A DNA stretch of 64,000 nucleotides from Callorhinchus milii (Eukaryota): the NCBI RefSeq assembly GCF_018977255.1, contig NW_024704743.1, forward strand, positions 64,854,001 to 64,918,000. Direction: 5' to 3'. Every line of letters begins with the position of its first letter. The stretch's first letter is position 1. Shown piece by piece: positions 1-11,101 of this stretch. The notes beneath the pieces were generated by a model, which was given only the letters and a program-made list of their open reading frames with translations, had not been told where the DNA came from and did not search any database. The translations under genes were made by a program, and so were the position numbers.

Positions 1-1497
1 CAGAGTTTTACCAGTACCAGGAGGGCCAAACAACAGAATTCCTTTGGGAGGACCACGGAGTCCGGTAAATATATCCGGTCGAAGCATAGGCCAAACCACT
101 ATCTCCTTAATAGTTGATTTGGCAAACTCCAACCCAGCAATATCATCCCAGTTCACAGGGGGTCCGTGGTCCATAATTTCACTCATAATAAGTTGAATCA
201 TTTTGGGCTCAAGATTCTTCAAGCGTTCATCTACTGGGAGGGAGGTTTCATCAGAATTGTTCCCATAAAGCCCTGCAGACATTTGGCAATTTTCATCCCC
301 ACTGTCCTGTTTTGATGCCGGGGAAACAAATTTGCCAAATAACCCCCGGGATCTTGCTGTGCCAAGTGACTTCTTTGTGCAATTATTCAATGCCATTGGA
401 CGTTGATTCTGGTTGCCAAACTTTTTCTGCTGATCGATGTACAATTGCACCTTAGCAGTTTTAAAAGCAATTACACTGCCTTCATCAACAGCATGACCAT
501 CATATTTTCCATTTCTGGATCCACCATCAAAATTCTTTTGGTAAGAATTAGCTATGTTTCGATTCTGAAAATGACCATAACTTGTGCTATTACATGACTC
601 AGTACCTCCATCTCCAGAGCCATAGAACATTTTCCTCTTTGAGGAACTGAGAGGTGCAAGAAGAGATAAATGGTTGCCAAAAGGCACATTTTGTCCAGAA
701 ACAGTTCCCGTTTGACCTGCATGAGCTGGAGCGTTAGCTGACATTGATGGACAATTTGCAGACACTTCATTAGAACCAAACTGATCACAATGAATATTTT
801 TGGAGCTTGTCAATGAGAATGTACTTGAAGAGTCTAAAGTGTTGGTTTCATCTGCTCCAGGCTTAGTATCTAGTCGTTGGTGCACATTCTGCAGACAGTT
901 TAAAGATGAAATAGTAAAGGTTTGGCATTTTCTATTGTCTGTAGCATATTTTTCACTAACATTTCTTAAAGCAACATCAGATAGCGAGGCAATTAAATGC
1001 GTATCTTTTGGAACGGAGTTTCCAGTATTACTGGAAGGTGTTGTTTTATGACAACCCGATATTTCTATTTGATTAGCTTTACCTATTACCATGGAAACAT
1101 CTTTTGCTGAAACTAGTGAGGCTGAGGCTTCACTGCTAGATTTAACCATGTCCTGCACACTTTTTAATTTGCTAATGCTACTGGCGGACAGTGAAGACTG
1201 CCACTGCTCACTCTCATTCTTCTGACATCTTGATAAGCTGAGAACACTGTCAGCATAATTGTTCAACCCAGTCTCCGCATTGTCAGAGTCAACAATGGCT
1301 GAATATTTTTCAGTGCATCTTCTAAATAAGCTGGCAGTGCAGTCCTGAGATATATCTGACTTTGCCAATGAGTACTGCAACTGCAAAATATGTCCCCGGT
1401 AAGCATCTGCTCTGTGTCGAGGTGTGCAGGTATTGGAGATGGTATTGAAGTAATGCTTCTGCCACTGGTTCAGGTTTAGCGTGTCAAAGGACTCCAT
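1..1497 (-). CDS. FIGNL1: Fidgetin-like 1 AAA+ ATPase, 5' part of the coding exon (continues beyond the left edge)
   Basis: Manual minus-strand translation from ATG 1497 gives [18 protein letters not shown]...[15 protein letters not shown]...[21 protein letters not shown], matching the FIGNL1 N-terminus. RAD51-binding FKTA (about 455-465) and FVSP motifs are in frame, and the exon reaches Walker A ([20 protein letters not shown]) at 60-1. Splice acceptor ttgttctgcatag lies just upstream (exon starts 1508). It is missing from the ORF track because there is no stop inside the window. Confidence 0.96.
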   Translation of the reverse strand, partial: MESFDTLNLNQWQKHYFNTISNTCTPRHRADAYRGHILQLQYSLAKSDISQDCTASLFRRCTEKYSAIVDSDNAETGLNNYADSVLSLSRCQKNESEQWQSSLSASSISKLKSVQDMVKSSSEASASLVSAKDVSMVIGKANQIEISGCHKTTPSSNTGNSVPKDTHLIASLSDVALRNVSEKYATDNRKCQTFTISSLNCLQNVHQRLDTKPGADETNTLDSSSTFSLTSSKNIHCDQFGSNEVSANCPSMSANAPAHAGQTGTVSGQNVPFGNHLSLLAPLSSSKRKMFYGSGDGGTESCNSTSYGHFQNRNIANSYQKNFDGGSRNGKYDGHAVDEGSVIAFKTAKVQLYIDQQKKFGNQNQRPMALNNCTKKSLGTARSRGLFGKFVSPASKQDSGDENCQMSAGLYGNNSDETSLPVDERLKNLEPKMIQLIMSEIMDHGPPVNWDDIAGLEFAKSTIKEIVVWPMLRPDIFTGLRGPPKGILLFGPPGTGKTL

Positions 1498-1818
1498 TTT
1501 TATCAAACCTATGCAGAACAAAGTTTAAATAAATACAGGATAGAATTCCACTAAAAAAATATAAGTAGTTCCCAATATTTTTACTTCAATTTTACTGTTT
1601 TTGCTTGTTCAGCCGAGTGGCTGACACATGCGGAAACCCTTCATTTGCATCATCAAGATTTGGGGGCCAAGAGTGTGTGTTGGAGCCTAACCAGCTGAAA
1701 CCACATTGATATTACTGTCTGGCAAACTTTCCCACTGCTTGTCCAGCGAGGACCACCCTAACCCATCAACAATGATGGGGAGAGCATCAGACACAAACCC
1801 ACCCCCAGCCCCAGTCCC

Positions 1819-2125
1819 TGACACACACACTGGTCACTGACACACACACTGGTCACAGATACACACTCCGGTCACTGACACACACACTGGTCACTGACAC
1901 ACACTCCGGTCACTGACACACACACTGGTCACTGACACACACACTGGTCACTGACACACACTCCGGTCACTGACACACACACTGGTCACTGACACACACA
2001 CTGGTCACTGACACACACACTGGTCACAGATACACACTCCGGTCATTGACACACACTCCGGTCACTGACACACACTCCGGTCATTGACACACACTCCGGT
2101 CACTGACACACACACACACTGGTTA
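1819..2125. repeat. ~19-21 bp minisatellite (CTGACACACACACTGGTCA / CTGACACACACTCCGGTCA variants)
   Basis: Tandem units read directly from the sequence. Confidence 0.9.
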
Positions 2126-2343
2126 CAGACTCAGACACACAGATCATTGACATACACACACTGCTCGTTGTATAACCGAGACATCACACATCTCTCCCCA
2201 CTCCCACTCACACATTTTGACCTAATTCCTCAAACAACCCTCTGCTTCATTTCCATCAGCCAATTTCAAATCCATGTCCATGTTTTATCATTGATACTTA
2301 GCACCAACAGTTTATAAAGGAGCATTTCATGATGTTCTTTGTT

Positions 2344-2932
2344 ACACACACACACACACACACACACTGACTGACACACACACACTGACTGACACACACA
2401 CACAGACCCACACACACAGACCCACAGACACACAGACCCACACACACACACACACACTGACTGACACACACACACTGGCAGACACACAGACAGACACACA
2501 GACCCACACACACACAGACAAACACACAGACCCACACACACAGACACACACCCACACACACAGACCCACACACACAGACCCACACACACACAGACAGACA
2601 GACACACACACACAGACACACACACACACACAGACACACACACAGACACACACACACAGACAGACACACACACACACACAGACACACACACATACAGACA
2701 CACAGACATACACACACACTGACTGACACACAACACAGACACACACACGGACACACACACACACAGACAAACACACAGACCCACACACACAGACACACAC
2801 CCACACACACACACAGACACACACACACAGACAGACACACACACACGGACACACACACACGGACACACACACACAGACACACACACAGACACACACAGAC
2901 ACTGACTGACACACACACACACACACAGACGG

Positions 2933-2964
<32 letters not shown>

Positions 2965-3137
2965 ACACACACAGAGACACACACACAGAGACACACACTG
3001 ACTGACACACACACTGACTGACACACACACAGACAGACACACACAGACACTGACTGACACAGACACACACACACACAGACACACACACAGAGACACACAC
3101 ACACACACAGACCCCCCCCACACACCCCCACACAGAC
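2344..3137. repeat. Compound (CA)n/CAGA microsatellite
   Basis: Low-complexity CA tract; it accounts for the VC-repeat ORFs. Confidence 0.95.
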
Positions 3138-3139
3138 AG

Positions 3140-3400
3140 TGGTGAGTTACCGGGCGGGGCCTCTCGGGTTCGGGATGTTCCCGCGCAGTCCCTCAGGCCG
3201 CTCTGCGCACGCGCATTTCCCGCCTGTGGCACAGCCGCGTGGTGGCTGCTGGGAAGGCCCCCCCACACCATGGGACCTAACCTGTCAATCACCCGCCGAC
3301 CGGGCCCCGCCTCCGATGACGTCAGTCTTCGCCCCCCCCCCGTGTGGCCGGGTTGGGCGGCTTCACGCCCAATTGGGCGGGTTTTGTGGCATTGCGTGAA
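3140..3400 (-). promoter_or_regulatory. CpG-island promoter and probable non-coding first exon of FIGNL1
   Basis: CpG-rich. Contains NRF1-like TGCGCACGCGCA (3204-3215), E2F-like TTTCCCGC (3216-3223), full CRE TGACGTCA (3317-3324), GC boxes and CCAAT/ATTGG (about 3369-3376). Minus-strand donor CCG|GTAACT at about 3150. Confidence 0.7.
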
Positions 3401-4734
3401 CTAACAGCTCGGAAACAGACACTCCACATGAGTCTTCACCCGTCATAATCCCCTCTGACCTCTCCTCTTGGCCTCTACTCCCTTCTCCCTAATTTATGAA
3501 TTGAGTGCTTTAATAATAATAATAATAAATACTTGCGTGGTTTCTGCTTCATTAATGGCTCCAAATAGACCTAAAATTGGTAATTGACTGGATGTTTGGA
3601 TGTGTGCGGGACATTGTGGGGGAAAACTATCTGCTGTGTTTGCCCACAAACCACAGTCACTACACTTAACAATAACAAATGTAAATGTTCTGCTCCTCTG
3701 TAAGGCCTGCTCATCTCTCAAATCTAAAGAGCCCGAGCCGGTCTGATTGTGCTCATAGCTCATCCCTCTAACATTCAGGATCATCCTTGTGGCTCTCCTC
3801 TGTATTGCCTCTTGACCATCCTCCGTGAGGGGGGGGAAGGGGAAGGGAGAGGTAAACAGGGTCTCCCTTGGAGATGAAATGGCTGAGTATTCCAAGACAC
3901 TGCAGCACAGTCATGTTGGCTCATCAGGAAGGGCAGACCTGTCCAATCTGGACAAGTTTTTAGCTGGTTGGAGTCCAGCAGTATCCCTACATACTCTCTG
4001 GGGTCCCCAAGCCTTGTCTCTTCCTAACCTGTGCCTCATAATTTCCAAAATTAGGTAATTAGGATGCGTTCCCCAGGGAGAAAGTGCACATTTAAATCCA
4101 ATAAAAATCTTGTGAGTTACCATTATAGGTGGGAACTCTCTCAGTTTGGTTTGAATACTCTTAAGGATGGTGATAGATTTCCACATGTGCCGCAGACACC
4201 TGGTGGACCAAAAACAAATGACTGCCACTGGGACAGTAATCTTATGTTGCAGTGACCAGAACTGTTGCAGCACTCGAGGTGCACCCTGACCTGAACACTA
4301 TATAGCTTCAGTATGGCTTCTGGGTATCTTAACTCAACTGGTTAGCAATATAGCCCAGCATCCAGTTTGTTTTAAAGATTTTTTAAAGAAACTGCAAGAG
4401 GTGAATAGCGAAGGCAGAGATTTGCTGAGGTGAAGCCATGGTGGTATTTTAAACTCAGGACCAGCATCTTCAATTCAATCTGCTGGGATATGGGAAGCCA
4501 GTTGAACTGGAATGATTAGCACATGGAGCCTGATGTGGGACAGCACACAGGCTTCAAAGTTCTGGATGATCTGTATCTTACGAAGAGAAGAGCTAGGGAG
4601 GCAAGTGAGCAGGGTGTTGCAATAGTGGAGCCTGAACTTAATGAAAGCATAGATTAGGATATACCATCCTCCCATCACAGCTACAAACAAATCCAGTATC
4701 CTGGTATCAACCACGCTTCCTGGTTCCAGTCCTC

Positions 4735-5990
4735 AATTACTCTCTGGGCAAAGAAATACTTCCTGATGTTTCCCCTACAATTTCCCTCTGTAACTCTAAA
4801 CCTGTGCTCTCTTTAATATGCTGCCTTTCCATATTGTTCTGGGTTTACATTCTCAATCCCATTTAAAATCTTATATAACTCTATAAGACTTTCTCTGTGG
4901 TATGTTTTTAAAGCTGAATAGCCTCAGCTTGTCTAATTGTTGCTCATATCCTTTACCACTGATGGTCATCCTTAATGCTTTCCTCCATACCTCCTCTGGG
5001 GCATGAAAGGAACGTCCTTAGGTCACAGTGACCAAAACTGTACCTAGGACTCCAGGTGTGGCCTGACGAGAGCACTGTTTAGTTTGAGCATGAATTCTGG
5101 GGATATGAAGAGCTGATCCGGCAATATAGCCAGCTTGCCTTGTTTATTGCTGATTCACACTGTTTTGACAAGGTAAGTGATGAGTTAACTAACATCTCTT
5201 AGTCTCTTTCAGCTTCCCCCTTGGCAAGTTCTATCACATCCATGGAGTACATATATCTCCTGTTTTAATTATGTTGCACTTATCTATCTGAACTTGATTT
5301 GTCAGTGATCAGCTCATGTCACACTTTAATAAACTCTCTTGATAAGATCTTTGCTGCTTCTTTTGATTCCATAGTCACCCCCCACCCCTCCCAATTTTCT
5401 GTTATCTGTAAACGTAACTGCTCAGACTGAGTCCTTGAATCCAGGTCATTAATCTATACAAGGAGCAGGAGGGATCTCACTATCCCTCCTGTTTCTTGTA
5501 TACCCGAGGCATCCCATAACATCTCCCCTCATCCCTCCACTGAGGCCGAATTCCTCAAACAACCCTCTGCTTCGTTTCCATCAGCCAATTTCAAATCCAT
5601 GTCCGTGTTTTATCATTGATACACACACACACCGGTCACTGACACACACACACTGGTCACTCACACTGCTCGTTGTATAACCGAGGCATCCCACAACATC
5701 TCTCCCCACCCCCACTCCTGCATTTTGACTTAATTCCTCAAACAACCCTCTGCTTCATTTCCATCAGCCAATTTCAAATCCATGTCCATGTTTTATCATT
5801 GATGCTTAGCACCAACAGTTTATGAAGGAGCATTTCATGATGTTCTTTGTCAAACCCCTTTTGCAGTTAGATATACAACATCATATGGTTTCCCACAGCC
5901 ATCCTGTTACATTGCCTCCTCAAAAAAAAGTATATGAGGTTGGTCAGGTAAGATCTACCCCTTCTGAAACCATGCTGTCTGTCATTTAAT
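4735..5990 (-). mobile_element. Degraded CR1-type LINE fragments
   Basis: Minus-strand ORF2 remnants, e.g. LNDRQHGFRRGRSYLTNL...YDVVYL (best seen in copy B ORF 26473-26667), plus sequence resembling the CR1 ORF2 C-terminus. Confidence 0.65.
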
Positions 5991-7796
5991 ACTTTATTTT
6001 TGTACTTGTTTTTTGAGACACATGCAAAAACCCATCACCATGCTTAAAAGTATGCAAACCAAACTGATTCCCTACCTACACATGTAAATTCCCGAGATAG
6101 AATGTTGGAATGCTCGCACACTCTCCCCCTGGAGGGATGCATCCTGCTTACCTACTTCTGGAAAGTTTTATAGGCAGGTTGGCAAGAGCCAAAGCTTGGG
6201 GACCCCAGAGTGTGATTTGGGATACAGCTGGAGACTAACCAGCTAAAACCACTTAGCTTGCCATTGATAGCACCATCTGGCAAGCTTTCCTTGGGCCTGT
6301 TAGTGCTTTGCCTTACAGGGTTAACAGGAGCTGAAGGGGAGGATTTCCTGCTACCAGTGACCAGTCTGTCCTAATTACAGCAGTGCCCTGGAATACAGTG
6401 GACCAGCCTGACTTAACAATTGGACTATTGAGTTCGCCACAGAGGGCCGGCTCGATTCCAATATTCTGTTGCCCAACATGTCACCTTGGAGCCAGTTCAG
6501 CTCCAAGGAGCCCTTGCTTATCCTCCAACCCCCAAACTCCACCCCCAGAAGGATAGTCACCAGTTAGTCGTTCAACATCCGACAAATGCAGGTTTAAGGC
6601 CTCATTAGGTAAGTACTAAGAACTTCCTATGAGCCTCCCAGTGGGCAATGCAGCTCAGTATGAAATGCGTGAGAGCATTTCCACCAACTTCCTGTCCACA
6701 ACTCAGGCACATGTCCCGTCCCATTGAGCAATGGTTCCACCAGTTGGAGTACAGAGTTTAATCCTCTGTGCGGGACAAACAAGGTGGATTCCAGGCGCTA
6801 GATGTAAAGACGTATGTTCACTCGGATTCCAGGTAACACCTTACAGCAGCTGTCACCCCAAGCCAGAGAGTTTCCTCATCAGCTATCTGGAAGATTTCAG
6901 TATGGTGGGAGACCTTTATAGGACCTCTTGTGACGTGCTAACCACCTTGATGTTCTGGAAATCCATCGAGAATTACTAGACTAGACTTACTCAGCTCCAG
7001 CTGCTTTCTTCGGGCCCTCATGTGAGGCTCCTTGGCAAATAAACAAGCTCACTGACTCAAGCCTCTGGGGTGCTTATCGAGAGGTCAATGCAGACCGGAG
7101 CCAACCTTTCCTGCAGCAGCTTCGCGTGTTTGCCACAAATCCACCTCACTGCTTGATCTGGGACTTTGCAAATGCTTCGGATTATTGAGGTCAGGCTAAT
7201 GGGTCTGTAGTTGCCAGGTTTGGTTCTGTCACCTTTCTTGATATAGGAAGCACATTTACTTGCTTTCAGTCAGGTGTAATTTCACCCATGGTGTGCGACT
7301 CATGGAGTCTAAGGGAAATATAACGAACAGCATGATCAAAGAGGTAGATCTTGAAAAGGACCTTGAGCAAGCATGCGGGAGGGACTCCAAGAGGGATTTC
7401 CAGTGAGTCGGGGTAGAAAAGCTGAAGCAGAGCTTTCTATGAAAGCTATTAAATCATTTCATAATCATCTATAAACAAACTCTTAGATCGCTCGGCTCAT
7501 GTACTCCTTCCAGTTCTACTCCCAACCATTATTTTTCCATCTGCAGCAGTGCGACTGGTGGCTTTTGGCTGGTGAGGTTCACTTCCTTGGACAATCTATG
7601 AGTTTGCCTAACCGAACCAACATGTTACCATGGCAACAACAAAACCAACAAAATTACCAAGGCACTGGACAGACATAGTTACAGATTCGAGCTGAGGGTC
7701 GGGGTGTGGGAGGGCATAAGGGGAAGCAGGGAGATCAAAAGCACGGTTGAAGAGGAGGGTCTTGAGGTAGCTCTTGAAGGTGGCAAGGGAGGGGGG

Positions 7797-8290
7797 TGTT
7801 AGATCCGCGAATTATGTGTCTGTATCTGGAGAGAAAAAATCTGATACAAGTAAACTTAAGAAACAAAGAATGGGTTTTTATTTCTACTTGTATACAGGAG
7901 CACACAATTGTTCCCGTATACAAATAGGATCTAATGTCTCCCTGTCAGACAAAAGATCCTCTTCTTCGGTACCATTAAGTTTTATACAAGAGTACACAAA
8001 ATACACAGAAGGGGTGTTTTTCCTTACAGACCAATCAGGTTTGCTGCATGCGTTCCCACACTTCTTGCTTCAGCTTGTTTCAACTGTACTAATCTTGCAG
8101 TTTTGCTAGAAGGCCATTTCTATGTTATCACCCGCCGTTCCTTACACTGTGGCCTTCAGATAACGGGATTCTACAATAACAAGTCTAACCTACTTACTTA
8201 TGTCTGCTTAAAGGCGTTTACACAGCAATAGGCCAGGGCACAAGCTACGATATACAATTAAACATACCATAACATCTTTTTCCTCTATCA
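7797..8290 (-). repeat. 3' LTR (494 bp)
   Basis: Minus strand reads TGATAG...CTAACA, preceded by the PPT. Matches 11979-12434 apart from 3 substitutions and a 38-bp indel. Confidence 0.96.
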
Positions 8291-8303
8291 TTCCCTCCTT
8301 TTT
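8291..8303 (-). promoter_or_regulatory. Polypurine tract
   Basis: AAAAAGGAGGGAA directly abuts the 3' LTR on the minus strand. Confidence 0.9.
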
Positions 8304-8431
8304 ATGGTATTTTAAACTGATATTTATGTCCTTTTTCTGTGCATTACATGCAACCTTTAAGCATAACATCAGTAGTCCGATCCTTCTGCAAGTACAGGTT
8401 TTAGATCAGACACATCACAGGTGCTTATAGT

Positions 8432-8972
8432 TTACTCATTCTGCAGAAAAAGTTTTCCCAGGTGCATATCATGCAATCCTCCAGTGCCTTCTTCAAGCAA
8501 GCTAAGGTTGTCCTCACTAGTCATCATAAATGTGGCGGCAGGAATCATCTTAGAAATAGTACCCGAATAAGGGGAATAATACAACAGCAGCACAGCATGA
8601 GAACAACTATTACTATTAACAGGTACATACCCAATTTCCATAGCCAAGCTCCCCATCCCCATTCAGAAAGCCACTTACTAAGCCAATCAGAGGGTCTCTG
8701 GGGTTCCTTGATGGCAGACCGCATGTGAGAGATGACATTTGTCAAATTTTGATGGCCATCAGGAATAAAGAAACAGCAACTAGTCCCGAGCATTTTGCAA
8801 ACACCTCCTTTCTCAGCCGTAAGCATGTCTATTATCAGACGATGTTGTATGATTGCCTTGCGCATGGCTCCCATTTCCCATCTATGATCACTGCTTCTTC
8901 TGTTTCATTAGCCAAGGCATGTAACTGAGTCGCTAACCCATTAATTTTTGTCAAGGCACCAGCAGTGCCCAC
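8432..8972 (-). pseudogene. env: Env TM subunit (frameshifted in copy A; open as 29073-29618 in copy B)
   Basis: Heptad region, immunosuppressive-domain-like QHRLIIDMLTAEKGGVC, CX6CC motif (CKMLGTSCC), Trp-rich membrane-proximal segment and hydrophobic anchor LLIVIVVLMLCCCCII. Confidence 0.9.
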
Positions 8973-8973
8973 A

Positions 8974-9654
8974 TTAGATATTCACATGCTTTACGGTGGA
9001 CAGGGGAACAACGTGCAGGCGGGAACTCATTTGCTGACAAATCCAGCAGTCTTTTGTTTCGAGGCTTCCTGCCTGGAGTATCGAAAGTGCGCAAGCATGA
9101 TTATCATTGCAAATGCTCAGGGCCCGAGTGGCCGATTGAATTTTTTGTTTGGTTAATGGCCAATCATCCTCCTCCCCAGAGACTGCCATTTCCTCAATCA
9201 ATTCTTCCTCCTCAGAGGTGGGAACTTTTGTGACTTCTGTAATTTTTGATTGTTGGGAATTGAGGACATTGATTACAATTTTTTGGTATAAATCCCCATA
9301 AGGTCTTTCTATACCACACCACCAGGTGCCTGCATCCGAATCAGACAGCTGTGTTATCTGAACTCTTGCCCCATCACTGTTTTGTATCTTTGAAATTGAG
9401 AACCGAGACCCAATCGAGTGGCCTCGGCGTGTATTGGCCACTACCGAGTGCCAATTGTAGGGGCCACACGGATGTTTGCAGAAATACTTTTCATCACGCT
9501 GGTGGCGGAAGTGAACTTTAGTTTTACCCGAATCCCTGTAGGGCCTAGGGTTGCAGTCGAAGGAGATGGTGCTCCCTTTTTCCCCTGAGACATGCTTATC
9601 TTCGTTTGCTAGGACAAGACTTCCCACTCCTGTTAATAATAATAATGTAAACAT
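8974..9654 (-). CDS. env: Env N-terminal ORF, 226 aa: signal peptide + CD300/pIgR-like Ig V-set domain + acidic linker + SU segment with CWIC; ends before TM
   Basis: GCCATG start; hydrophobic leader MFTLLLLTGVGSLVLA; V-set motifs G-E-K-G-S-T-I-S-F-D-C34, KYFC59-K-H-P-C63, RFSIS, V-Q-I-T-Q-L-S-D-S-D-A-G-T-W-W-C113-G; CWIC at residues 203-206. Confidence 0.85.
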   Translation of the reverse strand: MFTLLLLTGVGSLVLANEDKHVSGEKGSTISFDCNPRPYRDSGKTKVHFRHQRDEKYFCKHPCGPYNWHSVVANTRRGHSIGSRFSISKIQNSDGARVQITQLSDSDAGTWWCGIERPYGDLYQKIVINVLNSQQSKITEVTKVPTSEEEELIEEMAVSGEEDDWPLTKQKIQSATRALSICNDNHACALSILQAGSLETKDCWICQQMSSRLHVVPLSTVKHVNI

Positions 9655-9765
9655 GGCGGGAATTGGGCAGTTACCTGATACCCGCAGTGTTTTCTTGAGT
9701 CTTCACTGGGTTGAGGTGAGCGTATCCTTGTGCATACACCCCCCTTTGTAACCAGACTTTAACAC

Positions 9766-10775
9766 TTACGTGGTATTTTCCTGTCCAATTCCCTCTGTTA
9801 CCTTTTTACAATGTGTCAAATGTATCCAAGTAGTTCTTTCTGCAATTTTAACAGCGGTGGTGGGAGTAGTCAGGAGGACTTGAAACGGTCCCTTCCATTT
9901 AGGGTGATGCCAGGTCTTTCTTTTTACGTCTTTAATCAGGATCCAGTCTCCCGGTTGCAGCGAGGGGACCAACGATGTCTCGGTGATAGTCTGAGGGGGT
10001 AGAATATTAAGCATTTCTTTTTTATTAGATAGCATGTTTCGCATGTAGTCGGCTAGACATGCTTCTTTTAACTGCCCCTCGTTGTCTCCCAACTGGGGAA
10101 TGCGATAGGCTTTTCCCTGTACTATCTCGAATGGTGATAGTGGTTTATTCCCTCGGACAATGCGCATGCTAGTAAGTGCCAATGGCAGGCAGGCTACCCA
10201 TCCCTTGCCTGTTTCCTGCATTGCCTTTTTTAATTTATTCTTAAGTGTACCGTTATGTCTCTCCACTAATCCGGCCGATTGAGGGTGGTAAGCGCAGTGC
10301 TTTTTCAGTTTTATGCCTAATTGTTTTCCGACGTGATCAAGGACTGCATTTCGAAACTCGGGTCCATTATCACTATATAGGACTTGAGGTATTCCCCACC
10401 TCGGTATTATCTCGCGGCATAATATTTTTGCTACCGTTAGTGCGTCTATTTTTGCGGTGGGGAATGCCTCCACCCACCCTGAGAATGGGCATATCATTAC
10501 CAAACAATGCTGCTTTCCCTCACTTGGCGTCAAGTGAATGAAATCCATCATCCAATGAGCAACTGGCTCTGAGGGGGGGGGGTATTTGTCCTTTTGGGCA
10601 TTTTACTCCTCCCTGTGGGTTGTTTTGTAGACATGTAAGGCACTTTTTACAAAATGTTTTTGTATAGGATGAGAATCCGAAGGTTGTATATCTACCATTT
10701 ATCATCGATACCATCCCCCCTTTTGAGACATGACATTTACCATGGCTCAATTCCGCCGCAATAGGGAAAAGTGCT
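9766..10775 (-). CDS. pol: Retroviral integrase (HHCC + DDE core + GPY/F C-terminus); one frameshift at the G-run near 10573-10582
   Basis: SHGKCH...CLTC zinc finger; MDFIHL, SDNGPEF and [12 protein letters not shown] catalytic motifs; [18 protein letters not shown]. Confidence 0.93.
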
Positions 10776-11101
10776 TTGTTTACTGCTTGGATGTCCTGTA
10801 CCAATCGCCACCCGACGGAGGGAAGGACTTTTTTTACTGGAAAGAGTGGGGTGTTACAAGGGGAATCAGGACACGGAACAATGACCCCTTTTTCTTTTAA
10901 TTCTTCAATAATGGGTTTAATTCCTTCATGTGCTTCCGGCGAGATGGGATACTGTCTTTGGTATGGTCTGAAGGTGCTTTTAGGGTTAATTTTAATGGGC
11001 TCTACTCCCTGCATTAACCCAACATCCGCCGGACCCTGTGACCACAAAGATTCTGGGATTTGGTTTAACGCTTTTTCCAAATCTGCACTGAGCCCGATTA
11101 G
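10776..11101 (-). pseudogene. pol: N-terminal fragment of reverse transcriptase, fused in frame to integrase
   Basis: LWSQGPADVG, QYPISPEA, SPCNTPLFPVKK and [13 protein letters not shown] are present. LPQG, YxDD and RNase H are absent. Confidence 0.92.

Noticed and set aside
2266..3292. Long Cys/Val-rich ORFs (277-316 aa)
   Set aside because: Translations of the CA microsatellite, open in all three frames because of low complexity.
7735..8109. ORFs within the LTRs (also 11888-12375) as accessory genes
   Set aside because: No recognisable motifs; they cross LTR boundaries and differ between the two LTRs.
8950..8976. TAATG stop-start overlap as a reinitiation signal for TM
   Set aside because: That ATG opens a short frame (MWALLVP-stop), not the TM frame.
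8974..9654. Ordinary host CD300/pIgR gene
   Set aside because: It has no intron between leader and Ig domain, lies between integrase and env TM inside LTRs, and is fused to a CWIC SU segment.
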